A DNA stretch of 64,000 nt from Pelomyxa schiedti. Lineage: Eukaryota > Protista > Evosea. Location of the stretch: positions 32,242 to 96,241 of the forward strand of contig JAHLWZ010000829.1 in NCBI GenBank assembly GCA_020536535.1, read 5' to 3'. The position numbers and the translations under genes were made by a program. The notes beneath the pieces are model-generated. The model was not told where the DNA came from. It was given only the letters and a program-made list of their open reading frames with translations, and did not search any database. Below are positions 61,880-64,000 of this stretch, piece after piece; the first letter of the stretch is position 1, and each line of letters starts with the position of its first letter.

Positions 61880-63263
61880 ATGATGATGGGCAACCAGCAG
61901 GGATCTATAGATGAAAACACGATGAACTCGTTGTGTGGAATGTTCAATCAAATGGACCAAGTACTCGCCCCACTGCACGCTCTTAGTTTTGGTTTTTTTT
62001 TTCCTCTGTTTTTTTTTTGCTTTTTTTATTGAGCTTGTTCTTTTTTTTTTTTTGGTTGTTTGTTATTCTCTTAGTGTTAAACGTACCATTTTTTTGTTGT
62101 TCAGAGTGTGGTATATCAAGTGCTGCATCAGAATCGTGGTGACATGGAAGCAGCGGTTGAAGCTCTGCTCAACATGGGCCCTAAATCTCCCTCGCCAGCT
62201 CTTTCAAATGCGCCAACCCCGCAAAACAACAATCAGGGACCAACACAGACCCCTACTCATCCCGACGCTGCACTCTACTTCCCTGGGATATTCTCTCCAA
62301 CTCTTCAGACTCCGACATCCATTCCTATCAATGCACCTGGGGTAAATACAGGAGCCCCGGGTGGAAGTGCCCCTGGAGACAACACACCATCAGCACCACA
62401 CAGTGATGCTCCAGCAGAAAACAATGACAATGGTTCATCAGCCAACCAGCCTGTGACCGAGAATGTTGCGGATTCGGACCAAGCACAACTGGTGAATGCT
62501 TTGAGAGCCGAGGTGGTCTCCCTCAAGTCACGCAATGAGGAGCTGATGACAGTTTTGGATGCCCAATCACAGAAGATAACCTCTTTGGAAAATTTACGCC
62601 AGTCTCTGGAGCAGGTATTCCGCTGCTCTCCAAGTTATTATTCTTTGATAACCCGTAACAAACAAACTAACAAACAAACAGCAAGCGGTTAGTCTTCAGC
62701 AGTCTATCCGCCAACAAACAGAGCAATATAACAGAGATATTGCAATGGCATCAAACATTTCAAAACAAGCCTTTTTGCACAGTTTATCAAGTCTGGCGCA
62801 CACCCTTCAGCTGTCTGTTTCCTCATTGTCAAAGTAAGTTAGTTATATACCCTCTCCAACCACTGATCTACACCCAAGAGATTGCAATGATCCTCGAATA
62901 ACTGCCTCAGATATGTTCCAGAAGGTTTCCTCTCAAATGGTAATTTTACCACCCGCTTCATTGTTTTAACTTGGGTGACAGAATCTGAAACCGTCGTCTC
63001 TGGTCACATCCAGTACCGCACCTACAACACCTTTCCCATCCACCCTGTACCAAACCGGCACCAATAAAGCCCAAACAATTCCCGTGAATCCCTTTGCACC
63101 CTCCCCATCGAACCCCACAACAGTTGGTGGCCTTGCACTTGCCTCACCTCTGGCATCACCACCACCCTATGCCGTTCTCTACAACAACCCTCAACAACCA
63201 ATGATGACCCAGCAACCACCAAACACCACACCCCAAACTCCAACGCAACAAGGGGGCAATTAA
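61880..63263 (+). CDS. CUE-domain (ubiquitin-binding) + coiled-coil protein with NPF and PPPY motifs
   Basis: LCGMFNQMDQ|SVVYQVLHQNRGDMEAAVEALLNM (CUE), coiled coil QLVNALRAEVVSLKSRNEEL, and a last exon containing PVNPFAP and SPPPYA. Confidence 0.8.
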
Positions 63264-63269
63264 CTGTTG

Positions 63270-63885
63270 TGTAAATAAAAAAAAAGTTTGTTTCTTTTCT
63301 TCTTTTTGCACAAGTGAAAGCGATCAGAAACCAGTTCTTAGCACCTGTGTCGTGAGCTTTTTTGACCTTCGCTGCCAGCAGCAGTTCATTTGCTATTAGG
63401 TGTGTTTCAGAAGAGTACGGAAGACAAATGCAAACACCACTCTGCACTTGTTGATGCCTGTGACCCTCTCTATCTCCATTCAGTATCATAGGTTGAATGA
63501 ACAGCGCCAATTCCGCATTGTCCTTAGCAACGCCAGGCCCCACGAACCAAGCGCTGTTTATGACAGAGCGACCACGCTCGAACTCGAGTTCACTTGGCCA
63601 GGTAATTCCCCTCGTCCCACCTCCACCAACTGCCACCACTTGGCAGCTCCCCCACCACGCGGCCAGCCCGTCGAGAAAGTGGCACTCATCTGCCCTGCCC
63701 ACTGGACACAGCCAGCCCCGTATGCAGTTGTGTGCCTCAGCTCCGGGTGCCCAGGGTCCCAGAGTGTCGGCAGCGACGTGCTGAAGAGCACGTATACTGT
63801 CTGACATGCGGAAAGCCCCGCCATCTGTATACCCCGCGCACCTGCGACACCTCGTGCATTCCAGAGAGCTGCGCAATCGCCTTGA
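63270..63885 (-). CDS. Possible 3' exon(s) of a hypothetical gene entering from beyond the window end
   Basis: Pyrimidine tract plus CAG acceptor at ~63886 on the minus strand, followed by a long open frame (..DSIRALQHVAADTLGPW..). No family recognised and the end is uncertain. Confidence 0.3.
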
Positions 63886-64000
63886 CCTGTGAAAAAGACA
63901 GAAGTCAGTTTAATACCAACCAGTTTTCACCAACCACCAGAATGCCACGGACCATCAGAACTCCCTCCCTGAACCATCCACTCTACCACTCAAAGAACAA

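Noticed and set aside
63022-63263. Distal part of the 284-aa minus-strand ORF
   Set aside because: It is antisense to the low-complexity last exon of the CUE gene, so openness is explained by that composition.

Overview
Compact, intron-rich eukaryotic genomic DNA with short GT-AG introns (mostly ~35-110 nt), GC/CpG-rich first exons and two 100-N scaffold gaps. Gene content (cortexillin, Dictyostelium-type myosin regulatory light chain, RCC1+TIR protein, TmcB-like PAS adenylyl cyclase) indicates an amoebozoan. An anaerobe-type metallo-hydrolase would fit an archamoeba, but that is inference. About 25 protein genes can be built by hand, plus a decayed Ty3/gypsy retroelement. The most notable observations are: (1) an ankyrin-repeat protein spliced in frame to a divergent C-terminal actin domain; (2) a DSP phosphatase fused to a C-terminal CBM20 (reverse of laforin); (3) an RCC1-ankyrin-TIR-TIR protein with Gln at the catalytic Glu position of both TIR domains; (4) a Crinkler/RHS-type SAM-NTPase-REase gene next to the retroelement; (5) near-complete CpG loss in the retroelement pol region; (6) an XDH-family enzyme lacking the purine-binding Glu/Arg; (7) two intron-containing prokaryote-like genes; (8) a ~60-bp-stem foldback; (9) a 5-nt microexon; (10) an apparent +1 frameshift in the CDP-DAG synthase gene. 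All exon structures and alignments were made by eye from remembered family consensus. No searches were run.
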